From Marsupella aquatica (taxonomy: Eukaryota > Plantae > Marchantiophyta), in NCBI GenBank assembly GCA_973895155.1, contig OZ316898.1, positions 1,401,927-1,465,926 on the forward strand: 64,000 nucleotides of DNA, written 5' to 3'. The notes under the pieces were generated by a model that ran no database searches, had not been told where the DNA came from, and saw only the letters and a program-made list of their open reading frames with translations. Numbering within the stretch: the first letter of the stretch is position 1; the number at the start of each line of letters is the position of its first letter. Made by a program: the position numbers and the translations under genes. This document shows positions 52,023 through 64,000 of the stretch, in pieces.

Positions 52023-55000
52023 TATATGGTTACAATCTAGAGGCTTCACTCTAGACCCTAGCCCTTGCAAGTAGCTTATGTTTGCCATTTATTAGTAAGA
52101 TGAGTTATGGAAACTTCTTACTGTCTAGGATGCCATTGAATTGGACTTGGAATCTATTCTATTAGTCCACTTGATGATGTGGTGGGCTTTATTGCTCCAA
52201 GGTAGAAAGGAGAGGAAAATGCAGCTGAGAGCGGGAAACTGAACCCTGATGCTACACATCCTGTTTCCTCGTGTGACCCTAGGTGGAATGGGCGATCTAG
52301 GCAATCTGTAACTATATAAGCAAGAAGAGAGAAGCTAGGCTAGGGTTTATGGTCTAGAGCTCCTTTAGACCATGACTCTTGCTAGGGAGGGGCAGAAACT
52401 TATCATCCATGGGGGTGAGAAATGAAATGAGTGTCCGTTTGTTCTCACGAATTATATGACATCCAAACGTCCAAATGGTGGGCATTAGCTAGTATCAATC
52501 AAAAGGGATGGTGGGAGAAGAAGTACAAAGTTTCATTCAGCCAGTAATACTTATAATACACGCGAAGGTTATGTAGAAAAAGGGCCAAACAAACAAAGTA
52601 CATTGAGTAAAGAGCAAAAGCCAGAGACACTTGGTGTCATTTTTGATACGTTAAACTCCTGTACATAGAATCTTGTTATTGAACGGAGATGAGGGAAAGA
52701 GATATGTGATGGCTCTGTTATAAAGTTCCTCTCATAGACTGTGTCACTATGGCTACCAGCCATTGATTCCACCACCATTTGGCACTTTTTTTTTGATTTA
52801 TTTGTTTAAATACTGGGCGCTGTTCTATGGCAACACATCCTACCAAATTTGATGGCCTTTGTTCCACAGCACACCCACACTCCACATGCAAAGCGTCTCT
52901 TGCTTACTAGATACCAGATGTAGTCAATTTGCTTCTATGACTACACATGAGGCCAATGCTACTCGGTGGCTCACGTTGTACCAGCCAGATCATACCAACT
53001 ATATATATATATCATACTAAATCATACTTCCAAGCCTTACAACCTTCTCTCCTTTAGAATCACCTCCTGGAATTATGTTGTACTGTCTACCAGAAAGGCG
53101 TCACAACGTACAACTCATGACTTACGTGATCATGTTAGAATCTTTGATTTGGGTGCCTTACCTTTAGGCAACAACCTCCTACCTGCTCTAAGAAAAAATA
53201 TACAAAGAATATATACACAACTATAGAACAAAAAGCCCCAAGTTTGGAGAAAAGAGACCCAATAAAGGGGAGAACAGAAGGGGAAACCCCAGGCAGTGTT
53301 TTTTTGGTGATCTGACTTGTACTGCAAAATAAGAGTATAGGATTTTTAACTTATGAGTAGAAGCACATTGACTGTCCCCTGTGTACCTCATGTCAAATAT
53401 CAGCCGTTAGATCTTTGTATGATTGAGTCTGGGCTGTTAGATCTTGGAAATCTTTACCCATGGATATTTTCCAGGAAGAGTGCTTGTAGGCAAAGAGAGA
53501 AGACGCCAGAACACTAAATTATTTATTCAGGCATATTATTCCCTTCAATTAAAAAATCTGTACTCTGTATAATTCACAACGTCCTTTCTTGGCTGTTCTT
53601 GGGCAATTTCTTGCTGATACAACGGAGAATGTTGTTATGCTGCATTGGTGCTTTTCTTTTTTGGGAAAACTTAGGGAAACCAAAATCAGAAACCAAATCC
53701 TGTGCAACTAGGGCAGGACATGCAGTGTTGTGTTCACTAGTTTGAATACGCTTGTGTATGTACAACAATGGCTGCCTCCCAATACTAGGCTCCCCATACT
53801 AGACTCTCCATGCCAGTCTATACTACAAACATGATCTAAATTGACTCCCCATGCGAGTCTAAATTGACGGGATAAATGTTGATGGCTCCACTCTACTGAG
53901 TAGGTTTTGAAACGTAGTGTTTGATCCCAAATAGTAGTGTAGATAGATCGATTCTATGGGGAGACCAAATTATAGTATAGATAAAATAGATAGATAGATT
54001 CTATTGTGAGAGGAGCACCACATTAGGGAGGGTTGAGGACAATGAAAGTAAGCAAAACGATTCACGCTTGATGATTCCACGGGAAGGCGTCCAACAGAGG
54101 CTCGATGGGGCACACAGTCTGTTTTGCATCCTACATAGTCGTTCCCACAAGGGAATAAAGGAGCTGACGTTAAGAAGGCGCAACTAGAATCAAGATGACG
54201 TCCTAGCGTCCGAGTATGGACAAGTCTTGGCACGTCAAAGAATCAGGCACTTTGGGATATCATTCCCTTTCTAAAACAAAAGGAGAATCTCAGAAACCAC
54301 CAAAAAGAAAGACAATATTCTCATTCTTACCTTTCGGTTGTGGTCCCTAGCAAGCCTCAGTGTCCAATCAAAATACTCCCAAAGATTCACCACCAAGGGC
54401 AGTCCCCTTTCTTTTTTTCAGTTTCCTTGGCTGTCAATCCTTGCCGCTACTTGATATTTGGTCAGGTTATTGTCTCAGTTTCATGTCCAGGTACATTGAT
54501 CACAATCTTGTACTGAGTCCTAAATAGAAATGACTCGACTAGGAAGCACCCGTGACTCCTTGTGAAGCCCCTACGGGCAAGGGCACTAGTCCATTAGTAG
54601 GTGTCCCACCTAGCCACGGACCCAATTAGCCAGCATCTAACAATCACCCTTAAATCTTGGGAGATCTAATGATCAAGGAAAAATTCAGGAAAACATGTCT
54701 CTTCTCTTTCACACAGGCTGACATTTGCCACACTGGCAAACAAAAACAAACAAACCTCAAAGATCAAGCTGAATAACACCCTGCCAAGAGGGTTTTCTGG
54801 CGTATAATAGCTTGAGGGTGATTCTATGAGCTCTCACAATTTTTGGTGAGGAAAAATGTGGGGGTTATCGATAGGGACCTCCCCAAAAACTGCATAGCGA
54901 AAAAGAGCTGAGAGAGGGTCACGTGGCGGTGACGAGACTGTAGGTTTTGGGAAGCTACAAGAACATTCTGTCGATTATTTTGTCCATTTTCAATTACAGG

Positions 55001-55289
55001 TATAATTGAGTACTGTACAGGTTCACTGTAGGTTTTGGAAAGCTACATGAAGATTCTGTCGAGTATATCAGTATATGTCCACTTCAACTACCCATTCAAT
55101 TGAGTGCTCTACAGGAAGGTTCACCGACTTGATTCCGGACTTGACATTACGTATGCTCCAAGATCTTTGCCCCTTCGCTGCATGATCTCTGCCGATGCTC
55201 TCTGATTTACACTGTAATAACGAGAGAACGAGAGAACGAGAGCACGAAACACAGACTTGAGACTGATGAAATTGCTCACAATCAATGGC

Positions 55290-55450
55290 CACCTTCGTGA
55301 CAAGTAATGGAGTTCGCTCATCATCAATGACCCCAAAACTTCGTGACAAGTAATGGCGTTTTCTCATAATGAACGACTTTCAAACTTCGTGACAAGTAAT
55401 GGGGTTTGGTACTTTGGTCATAATGAATGACCGAATTACTTCGTGACGAG
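55290..55450. repeat. Degenerate ~46-bp tandem repeat (core CTTCGTGACAAGTAATGG), 3-4 copies
   Basis: Core at ~55293, ~55340 and ~55386, with a partial copy at ~55439. Confidence 0.8.
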
Positions 55451-56102
55451 ACTGATGAATGACTTCCCTGCGACCCTGCTGCCGCTTCTGCTCTTGGCTG
55501 GCGGCGAGTCGGCGGCCGGGAGCTAGTGAATGCACTTTGCAGCCGCTGAATTGCAACAGAAGCAGGCGAGCTGCTGAAGACTTTGCAACAGCTGACCAAG
55601 TGATGATTACCAGTAGTCTTGAGTCACCACGCACGAGAGCTGACCCGCGTTTTGAATCAGAGATGTGAAAGTTATTCTGCGCCTTTGACCCCGAGCAGGA
55701 AGTTGCCCGAGGACCCAGGTACTGAATTCAATTCACATTATTTTATGATCATTCTTCGCCTCCGCTCGGAACGGAAGCAAGCTCCTCCGTTCCTTGTCCG
55801 TGTCTCACGGGTCGGGAGGTCTTCTCATCCCTTTTCGTTTGCCGGTCTTCTCTGCGTCGTCCCATGACTCTTTCGTGGGGTAGAGATCGGCGGGTACCGA
55901 ACTTTGTATAACAGAGAAGGAGCGAAGGAAATTGGGAGGAAACCGCCATGAAATTGAGTTTCCCCTTCATACTACTTCGTAGCTAAGAGTTGGAGTTGTC
56001 TGTCCCCAGGTTTGTCAACTAGTCTGTGTTTCTTAAGGCACACGAAAACTAAGAGGGCCGGCAAACATGTCTCCATTTCTGTGTTGCACCAATCCATCTA
56101 CG

Positions 56103-56449
56103 AGGGCGTCTCAAATCATTTTAATTTTATGTTTTGGGGAGCTGCTCCAAGAAATTTATGTTGCCCACCCTGATCTCTAAAACTGAACCCACAAGTTTTT
56201 GGTTTGAGTCAGGTTGCAACACCCCCCGAGAGTGAACTCAATATCATCAATTTCTTGGATTTGGTTGTTTTCTCTGAATGGTGCTGAAGTCATTTGTGAG
56301 AAATATTTTGTTGTGCTTACACCAGTTGCACTGAACTCCCCAGCCTCCCCTAGTTAGGGGCGGTAGAATGTTTTGGGGACCACAAATTTTTGACCCGTGA
56401 CCTGGCCTGCAACATCCCGGGTCAGGGAACAGTTGGTTTGAGACACCCT
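56103..56449. mobile_element. MITE-sized element sharing termini with the 40363..46242 Harbinger
   Basis: AGGGCGTCTCAAA ... TTTGAGACACCCT (12/13 inverted match). The left end is identical to the big element's left TIR. No clean target duplication. Confidence 0.6.
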
Positions 56450-57717
56450 GTTACTGCTGTATGATTGGATTGGATGGTATGACCTAATAGGCAGCAATAA
56501 TTGAGTTGCCCAGGGATGCCCATCCAACATCTTACTAGTAAGTCGCAATTGAAACTTAGTGTTTGAGGCTATGGTCTAGACTGAAGCCTCTAGATTGCGA
56601 CTCTTGGGGCATAACCAAAAATTGGAGTGGGGATAGAAACTGACAAGGGGGCGGTGGGGTGAGTATGGAGTGTTTAAAGATTAAATGCAACTTTGTGAAT
56701 GGCGAACAGGTTGGTATTGACATTCAAACCAGGATATGGAGGAGTAGCTGGTCCTAGGGAGCTGGCTATGGAGCTGCTTGATGGAATTGGCAACCTGAGG
56801 AATGCATGGGAGATGCACTATTTTGTCCTCGCCTCTACTCCAAAATTCAAAGAACAGGTATTTGGGCTAGAGTCCATTACTGCAAGCAATCCACGCTCAC
56901 TCCATAAGGTGTAGACAATGCACTGACGGTGAAGACATGAGGGTGTACGTCCTCACATTTTCAAATGCTACCTAAGGCGTGTGGATCCACATAAACATAG
57001 AGTTTGGTTGTCTGAGCAAGAATAACCCAGCGGTAGTAGTCTTCATTGCAACAAGTGAGATTCCAAAATTCAAGTTTCATAAGTTGACCCTCGGGGGCCT
57101 CAATCCAAGGGGTGTCTCATATCACGCGCGAAGTTTTGAGGGAATAAGCACCCTAAAAGTTAAGTCAATAAAGTTTTTTTTAGGAAATGTTTTATCCCTA
57201 ATTTAATGGAATATTCCAAGAATATTTCCAAGTTTGATTTAAAAAACCCTATGATTCTTATAATTCTTAAAATTAGATTAAAATAACTCTAATGTTGTTC
57301 AACAAAAATTTAAAAATATTTCACTAAACCCAATAAAAAAACCCTATACTTATTCGTGCGTGATGGGTCGGAAGAAAAGAAATGAGGACCCTGGGAGTTG
57401 ACCAGCCTCTACACAAATCCCCATCCCAAAGTGAGATTCACCAAAGCCCTTGCCCACAGAACCCTTGAAGGTTAGAAAACTTGGAGTTCATTTTTTTTAT
57501 CACCTAACTGGAACCAGTATGTGGACAAATGTAAGAGTAACCGCCCTTGCCATGTGACACACAACAAGCTAGGAATGACCTTGGGTTAAGTATAGGAGAC
57601 AGAGTAACCTATGTACAAAATTGTTTGGGGGACAGATTGAGAATATGGGTCAGTTTGGGACACAGGGTAATAACAAACGGTTAGATTGAAATGACTAGAT
57701 GGAGAGCAAGAGCAACT

Positions 57718-58025
57718 TGTTGAAAGCTAGACTACTGTGATCTGCTCTGCAAATGAGGAAACAGTAAAGAACTAAATAGGGCCAGAAGAAGGAGGCGAAG
57801 GCAAGCCAGCACCGGAAGCAGGCCCGAGGTCTAACAACCAGGAGACAGCCGTTAGCACAGCACATGTCGTCAGAGGGACAACGGAACACAGCACCAGGTG
57901 AGGTAACAACTCTCCGTTAGCACAGCACATGTCGTCAGAGGGACAACGGAACACAGCACCAGGTGAGGTAACAACTCTCTGACTCGTAACCAAGTGGAAC
58001 CTGTGAGAGTACACAAGTTCCAACA
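57718..58025 (-). repeat. 3' LTR of copia element (308 bp), containing a 65-bp tandem duplication
   Basis: Near-identical to 63162-63468; abuts the PPT; duplicated unit at 57849-57913 and 57914-57978. Confidence 0.95.
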
Positions 58026-58034
58026 CCCCCTCTT
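58026..58034 (-). promoter_or_regulatory. Polypurine tract
   Basis: The minus strand reads AAGAGGGGG immediately before the 3' LTR. Confidence 0.85.
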
Positions 58035-58086
58035 GAGGAAGAGAGAGGGAAGATGAACCAGAACAGCAGAAGCGCACGCAGAAGCG

Positions 58087-58695
58087 ATGGAGCCGGGACG
58101 ACGACGAGAGCTGAAGCACACGATGGTCAGGGGACTAGCTGTAGTAGTGGAAATGTTGGGATTATGTTTCCAAGTGTGTCATAGTATTTGCATCGGTGTG
58201 GCACAGTGGTTGCGACAAGAGGAGAAACCAGAGAATAAGGACAACCGGAGCTCCCCGGAGCCGCAAAGAGTGAAGACAGTGAAGAACAACAGTGAAAGTG
58301 CCTCCTCTGAAGCAAGAATCCAGCCGGGAGTGTCCACATATGTCACACCAGGTCAAGCGACGGCGGAGGTGAGGGAAGTGGAGAGCATCACGCAATTGAC
58401 GCAGCATGAAATGCGAATTCCCGGAGAAGTGAATCAGCAGCAGTCATGGCGCAGGAGTAGTGAACATCGATTGCAGATCAGGGGAGCAGTAATGTTGAAG
58501 AAGTATTATGCAGTAGCAATAGGACGGGTACCGGGGATATATAGATCGTGGGCAGAGGCGGATAAGCAGGTGACAGGGTACTCAGGGAATTGTCACGAGT
58601 CGTTTAGGACCTTGGCAGAGGCGAAGCAATTTATGTCCGTGTATCATCCAAGGACAGGAGAGGTAGAGGTAGAACAATTGTATGTGGTGAGGTAG
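58087..58695 (+). CDS. Antisense extra ORF of the copia element with a C-terminal RNase H1 N-terminal hybrid-binding domain (Cauli_VI/viroplasmin)
   Basis: 202-aa ATG-to-TAG ORF. KKYYAVAIGRVPGIYRSWAEADKQVTGYSGNCHESFRTLAEAKQFM matches the HBD signature (YAV..GR..GIY.SW.E...QV.G......F....EA..F). Hydrophobic N-terminal segment; AATAAA at 58761. Confidence 0.85.
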   Translation: MEPGRRRELKHTMVRGLAVVVEMLGLCFQVCHSICIGVAQWLRQEEKPENKDNRSSPEPQRVKTVKNNSESASSEARIQPGVSTYVTPGQATAEVREVESITQLTQHEMRIPGEVNQQQSWRRSSEHRLQIRGAVMLKKYYAVAIGRVPGIYRSWAEADKQVTGYSGNCHESFRTLAEAKQFMSVYHPRTGEVEVEQLYVVR

Positions 58696-58827
58696 GAGAC
58701 GAGATAGAGATGGAGAAGAGATTATGTGGCGGCAGATATTTGTGTAACCGAGTTGACTCCAATAAAGGATTTGTGTTTTTCCAACTTGAGTCGCCCGAGA
58801 GGTTTCGTGAATAAATCAGCCGGGTTT

Positions 58828-61800
58828 TCAGAAGAATGAACATATGCGAGGGATATTCCCCCCCTCTAGCACCCGCTCACGAATAAAGTGGTGCTTGCCC
58901 TCGATGTGCTTGGTGCGAGCATGAAAGACTGGATTTTTAGCAAGCTTAATGGAGCCTTGATTATCGCAGTGCAAATGGAGATCGAGAGAGGAAGGGGAAG
59001 AGGCCAGTGAGAGGTCCGAGTGAATAGAAGCACCAGAAAAGGTAAGAGGCACCTGAAGAGGGGAGGTAATGTGAAGCTCGTTAAGTAAGCGGCGGATGTA
59101 GACCCCTTCCTTTGCGCCTTCAGAAAGAGCTTTATATTCTGCTTCAGTGGTGCTATCGGACACGGTGGGTTGCTGTTTGCTGGACCAAGAAATGGGTCCG
59201 GAAGCAAGCTGAAAGCAGTAGGCGCCGATAGAGCGGCGAGTCTCAGGGCAGCCTAGAAAATGAGCGTCGGTGTAGCCTGCAAGGGAAATTCCAGGTGAGC
59301 GTGAGTAGTAAATGCCATGATCGGTGGTATGGCTGAGGTAGCGTAGAATGTGTTTGACAGAGTCCCAATGTCGTTGTTGAGGCCTGGTCATGTAGCGACT
59401 AACGATGCCAACAGCATAGGCAATGTCAGGACGGATGTGAGTGAGGAAAATGAGTTTCCCAACAGCATGGCAATAGTCGGTGATGTCCACAGGAGGTGTG
59501 TTGGTCTCAAAAGTGAGAACATGCCCTTCTGGTAGGGGAATGAACTCAGGTTTAGAATTGACTAAACCAAATTCGCAGACCAGCTTCTGGCAATAGGAAT
59601 GTTGATGAAGAAGAAGTCCGTCATCAGTGCGAAGAAATTCGATGCCTAAGTACTTCTGCACTGGTCCGAGATCTTTCATTTTGTATTGTTGGTGGAGTTG
59701 GTCTTTGACGGCGGCAATTTTGTGAGAGTCTTTTCCTGTCACCAGGAGATCATCAACATAAATCATGATAATGACAATAGAGGTACCTTCGCAGAGAAAG
59801 TAGAGATTGTTGTCCGCCATGCTCCGGGTCCAGCCATTGCGCTGAAGGTAAGCATCGATCTCTTCATACCAGGCCCGTGGAGACTGTTTGAGCCCGTATA
59901 GGGACCGCTTCAGACAGCAAACCAAGTGTTCAAGTCCAGGGACTTCAAAGCCACGAGGTTGTTGCATGTACAATTCTTCAAAGATGGTGCCGTTGAGAAA
60001 AGCTGTTATAACATCCATGTGATGCAGTTCCCATCCAAGAGCCACAGCCAGAGCAATGATAGTGCGAAGAGTGGACCATTTGACCACAGGGGCAAATGTC
60101 TCATAATAGTCAATGCCGTATTTTTGCTCAAGACCACGAGCCACCAGGCGTGCCTTCAAGCGGAATCGGGTAGGATTCAGATCCGGTTTCGACCGGAAGA
60201 TCCATTTAGCAGACAGGGCTCGTTTGCCGACAGGAAGAGGAACAAGCTCCCAGGTACCCATGGGCATGAGAGCCTCAAACTCTTCTTGCATGGCTTCACG
60301 CCACAGGGGTGGCGGAGAGCTTCAATCTCAGAGATTTTGTCTGATTCAGGTTCGGCTGATTCAACGAGAAAGGTGTCCATGTGGTCAGGCCTCCAGCTCA
60401 TGTCATAGTCTTGATGCCAAGGTGGGGGACGCTTTACACGTTGGGAGTGTCGAGCAGCATGAATTGGAGCCGGAATCTGCGGAGATCTAGTGAGAGAAGA
60501 GTTAGCCGTAGGGCAGGCCAAAGTCTCAGTGTCCTCGCCAGGGGGTGTCACATATTCAATATTGCCGTCAGCAGTTGAAGGGTTGTCGACTGCAGTTGCC
60601 CCCTCTTGGGCCGATGGACCAAACTTAGGATCAGTAAGCAACGGAAAGAAGAGACTGGTGACAGCTTCTTGATTTGAAGAGAAGTCGTAAAAGGAACCTT
60701 CAATGATGTTGACGTTGGAGGCAATAAGGACACGTTTACAAATGGGGTCAAAGCACCAATATGCTTTGGACTGTGCGTCGTAGCCGAGTAAAACAGTGCG
60801 TATTGCTTTAGCGCCCAGCTTGGAGCGCAGATGCGGAGGAAGAAGAACGTAGGTAAGACTGCCAAAGATCCGAAGGTGATCCAAGTGTGGTTTCTGACCC
60901 CAAAGAGCTTCGAAGGGGGTCATCAATTTGAGAGCCCGAGCGCCACATCGATTCTGGGTGTAGTTGGCTGTGGCAACTGCTTCTGTCCAAAGATTGATTG
61001 GCACGTTGGAGCTGAGAAGAAGACTACGGGCACCTTCCAAGAGAGTATGGTTTTTGCGCTCAGCCACACCATTTTGATGAGGAGTGCGAGCAACGGTGAG
61101 TTGACGACGGATCCCGTGTTGTCGGCAGAAAGTGAGGAATTCGGAGGAAAGGTACTCGCCACCCCGGTCGGAACGTAAGCAAGAGATTTTCATGGACAAC
61201 TGCTTTTCAATGAGTAACTTGAATTCCTGAAACTTAGAGAAGGTTTCACTTTTGTGAGAGAGAAAGTATACCCAAGTGAAACGTGAAAAATCGTCAATGA
61301 AAGTGAGGATATATCGGTGTGAAGTGGAGGCAGGAAGGGGACCAAAGAGGTCAGAATGAATCAACTCCAGTGGTCGGGAGGCATGGGTTGCAGATGATTT
61401 TGGAACTCGATCGCGGTGGTGTTTGGCCACAATACAAGTCTCACAAGAGCGTTGAACTCATGGGATGGAAGGTAGTCCATGAGCCAAGTTATGATGTGAC
61501 ATATGATGGAGCATCTGAACATTGACATGGTGGAGTCGTTTGTGCCAGAGGTCAATGTCGTCCTCCATGGGAGACGATTCAGCAAGAAGCATTGGTGCCG
61601 GCTGAGCGAGAGAGTGTGGTCAAAGACGAGTGGTGGTGCAGAGAGGAGAAATTGAGGGAAGAGATTGTGGAAGCCGATACAGGTGATTCCTGGGATCTCG
61701 GGTGCCCCGTAGGAAGATCTTCTGAGGGTTATCCTTGTCAAAGACGAGACACGAGTGAGAATTGAAGAAGACATTGTGGCCAGCGTCAGTGAGATTGCCA

Positions 61801-62981
61801 ATGGACATGAGATTTCGTGTCATACCCGAGACGTACAAAACATTGCGGACGGTTTTATTGGGAGCAATATGGACTGAACCGCTTCCAACAACAGGGAGTT
61901 TAGTGCCACTGGCGGTGGCAACGGAGCCGGCACCACTGGAGTGATGCATGCCACCAGAGAAAACAGATTTGTCTCCAAAGACGTGAGTACTAGCGCCTGA
62001 ATCTAAAATCCAATCATTTGTGCTAGTGCTAGGGAGGATCTCAGTGAAATTGGCCTCCAAATCTGCACCGGAGTCGTCGTTCTCATCGGCCGGGTCAGCT
62101 TCTTCTTCTTCATCATACGGAGCTTCGACTTCATGAAATATTTCAGCTACATTGGCCTGAGGACGAAAACGTCGGAGACTGGCAGCTCGAACTTGAAGTT
62201 GCAAGATTTGTTCGTCGACCTTTTTGAGGTCACAGTCAGATTCCCAGTGCCCAGACTTGCCACAATAGTTACAGGAGGTAGGGCGTCGCATGCCGCGTCC
62301 ACCGGTTGCACGCGGATAAGAGTTGACCCGAGGAGGATAGCTGACAGCAAGTCTGGGGGTGAAACGGCCTCTTCCACGCCCTGAGGATAGATTTAACCGA
62401 GACACAAATAGGGCCTCCTCGGTAGGCTCAGAACGTGACTGAATATTGAGCTTCTAGAGCTCTTCGGCCTGCATACGCTCCAGCAGGCTGTTGTACGAAG
62501 GTCGTGGTGTACGGGCAAGGTCAGCGGAGAAGATGGAGACAAAGGTTCCCCAACTCGCAGGTAGTCCACGGAGCACAAGGTGAATGAGCTTGTTGTCATC
62601 GACGACAGCATCCATGCTGGCCAGTAGCTTCTCTTCCAGTATCAGTCTGCGTTGATATAGGTCGCCACCGAATCGTTGTTGGAAATGTGCCCAACATTGA
62701 GCTGGGTCATCAGAGTACTTATCTACAGTGGGCAAGAACTGAGCTTTCACTGTAGCGGCAAGAATAGAGGTGGCCCTCACTTTCTTCTTTGCGATCTCAC
62801 TTTCAGTCAGGTGTGCCCCACCATCTTGAACTTGACCATTGGCATCTGGCTTGACGCCAAAGTTCATTTCCGTGAACAGATCGTCACGCTTCAGGAGATT
62901 CTTCACAAAGATGGTCCATGCTAAATGATTGCTGGCTCCTTCCAGCTTATCTACCTCAGTAAACATCTTCATCATATCCAT
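58828..62981 (-). pseudogene. Copia gag-pol polyprotein, disrupted by several stops/frameshifts
   Basis: Gag (62454-62981, ends in TAG); zinc knuckle CNYCGKSGHWESDC and protease WILDSGASTH (61620-62405); pre-integrase WHKRLHH followed by an in-frame TGA; integrase LELIHSDLFGP...RSDRGGEY...QNGVAER (60177-61430); RT (RLKARLVARG, LYGLKQSPRAW, IYVDD) and RNase H (WSSKQQ, EAEY, CDNQ, HARTKHI) in 58828-60291. The pieces lie in different frames. Confidence 0.93.
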
Positions 62982-63149
62982 GGTCGGATGACAGAGAATG
63001 TCGCAACAGTATTAACCACGAGGAACTTTCACTCAGGACTGTACTGTGACTATTCTAATGCAGGAGTAAGATGCCAAGGAACTTTCGACCTGGGTTACTA
63101 GCCTGTAGCTTGCACTAATTTCTCATCTAGAGAGTGCGTAGAGACTTGC

Positions 63150-63161
63150 GCTCTGATACCA
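63150..63161 (-). promoter_or_regulatory. Primer-binding site complementary to tRNA-iMet
   Basis: The minus strand reads TGGTATCAGAGC immediately after the 5' LTR. Confidence 0.92.
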
Positions 63162-63468
63162 TGTTGAAAGCTAGACTACTGTGATCTGCTCTGCAAATGA
63201 GGAAACAGTAAGAACTAAATAGGGCCAGAAGAAGGAGGCGAAGGCAAGCCAGCACCGGAAGCAGGCCCGAGGTCTAACAACCAGGAGACAGCCGTTAGCA
63301 CAGCACATGTCGTCAGAGGGACAACGGAACACAGCACCAGGTGAGGTAACAACTCTCTGTTAGCACAGCACATGTCGTCAGAGGGACAACGGAACACGGC
63401 ACCAGGTGAGGTAACAACTCTCTGACTCGTAACCAAGTGGAACCTGTGAGAGTACACAAGTTCCAACA
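63162..63468 (-). repeat. 5' LTR of copia element (307 bp)
   Basis: TGTTGAAAG...TTCCAACA on the plus strand; abuts the PBS; about 3 differences from the other LTR. Confidence 0.95.
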
Positions 63469-64000
63469 CAACTCTGCTGGAGAATAATTGGCATGACTGC
63501 CACATGGAATTCAAACCATATCACAAGCGTATATTTTACTTCTCCAGACTGGTTCATTCTTTCTCCAAACGATCAGGTCGATAACTAGAATCAGGAGAGC
63601 CACGTAGATTGCAGAACCTCTCTTTGTTGTTTAGTGTACGGGAAGCGATAGGTTTGATACAAGGAGGTCTAGTAGGTCCACACAGATTTGTTGCTTAGTG
63701 CACATGAATGGGCACCTTTCAAGGGGGGCTTTGGATCTAGCACAAACAATTGTGACTCCACTTCCATTTTGCCTAGGACTTGTAAACTATGTCTCCTATG
63801 CATGACTGGATCACAGGTGGAAATCGCTTTTTGGACATTGATAACTATGACTCGTCTCAAGCCTAGAAGTGCCACGTGCACTTGAGAACGTCCATCTTCG
63901 CAGAGACGGGGATTGATCTCTTCGAATTCGATCAGATTGTCCCTCCTTTATTGGGTCTCTTGCCTCTAGGATCCTGTCTTCTAGTTTGGCGCTTTTGACC

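Larger units (their letters stand above)
57718..63468 (-). mobile_element. Ty1/copia LTR retrotransposon, full length, 5751 bp
   Basis: Two TG...CA LTRs (57718-58025 and 63162-63468), 5-bp target duplication CAACT, tRNA-iMet PBS and PPT. Domain order is gag-PR-INT-RT-RH. Confidence 0.97.

Noticed and set aside
50701-52040. Gly/Pro/Arg-rich ORFs (264 aa and others)
   Set aside because: By-products of the GC-rich repeat element, which lacks stop codons.
55290-55450. Repeat-spacer-like array resembling CRISPR
   Set aside because: Eukaryotic context, the spacers are similar to each other, and there are no cas genes. It is an ordinary degenerate tandem repeat.

Overview
Intron-rich eukaryotic nuclear DNA from a land plant; a bryophyte/liverwort-type genome is my inference. 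Three host genes lie on the minus strand. (1) A 24-exon RelA/SpoT homolog of the plant RSH1 clade (2550..~11117, ~998 aa) with an intact HD hydrolase motif and degenerate synthetase motifs. (2) About 9 kb upstream in the same orientation, a 6-exon RSH2/RSH3-clade gene (20162..23810, 844 aa) with intact synthetase motifs. (3) A large, mostly low-complexity coiled-coil protein gene (~29746..33934) whose two conserved-looking motifs remind me of the centrosomal/ciliary protein CEP126. The right half is transposon-rich. It holds a 5.9-kb PIF/Harbinger-superfamily element (40363..46242, AGT target duplication, fungal/Pangu-like proteins) with an unexpected third ORF resembling the RPA1 C-terminal zinc OB-fold. 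A GC-rich fold-back element contains a nested solo LTR. A young Ty1/copia element (57718..63468) has a broken gag-pol but an intact antisense ORF ending in an RNase H1-type hybrid-binding (Cauli_VI) domain. Several MITE-like fold-backs, microsatellites and short tandem duplications are also present. Exon coordinates were read by hand from splice signals and reading-frame continuity. Family assignments come from motif recognition, not database searches.
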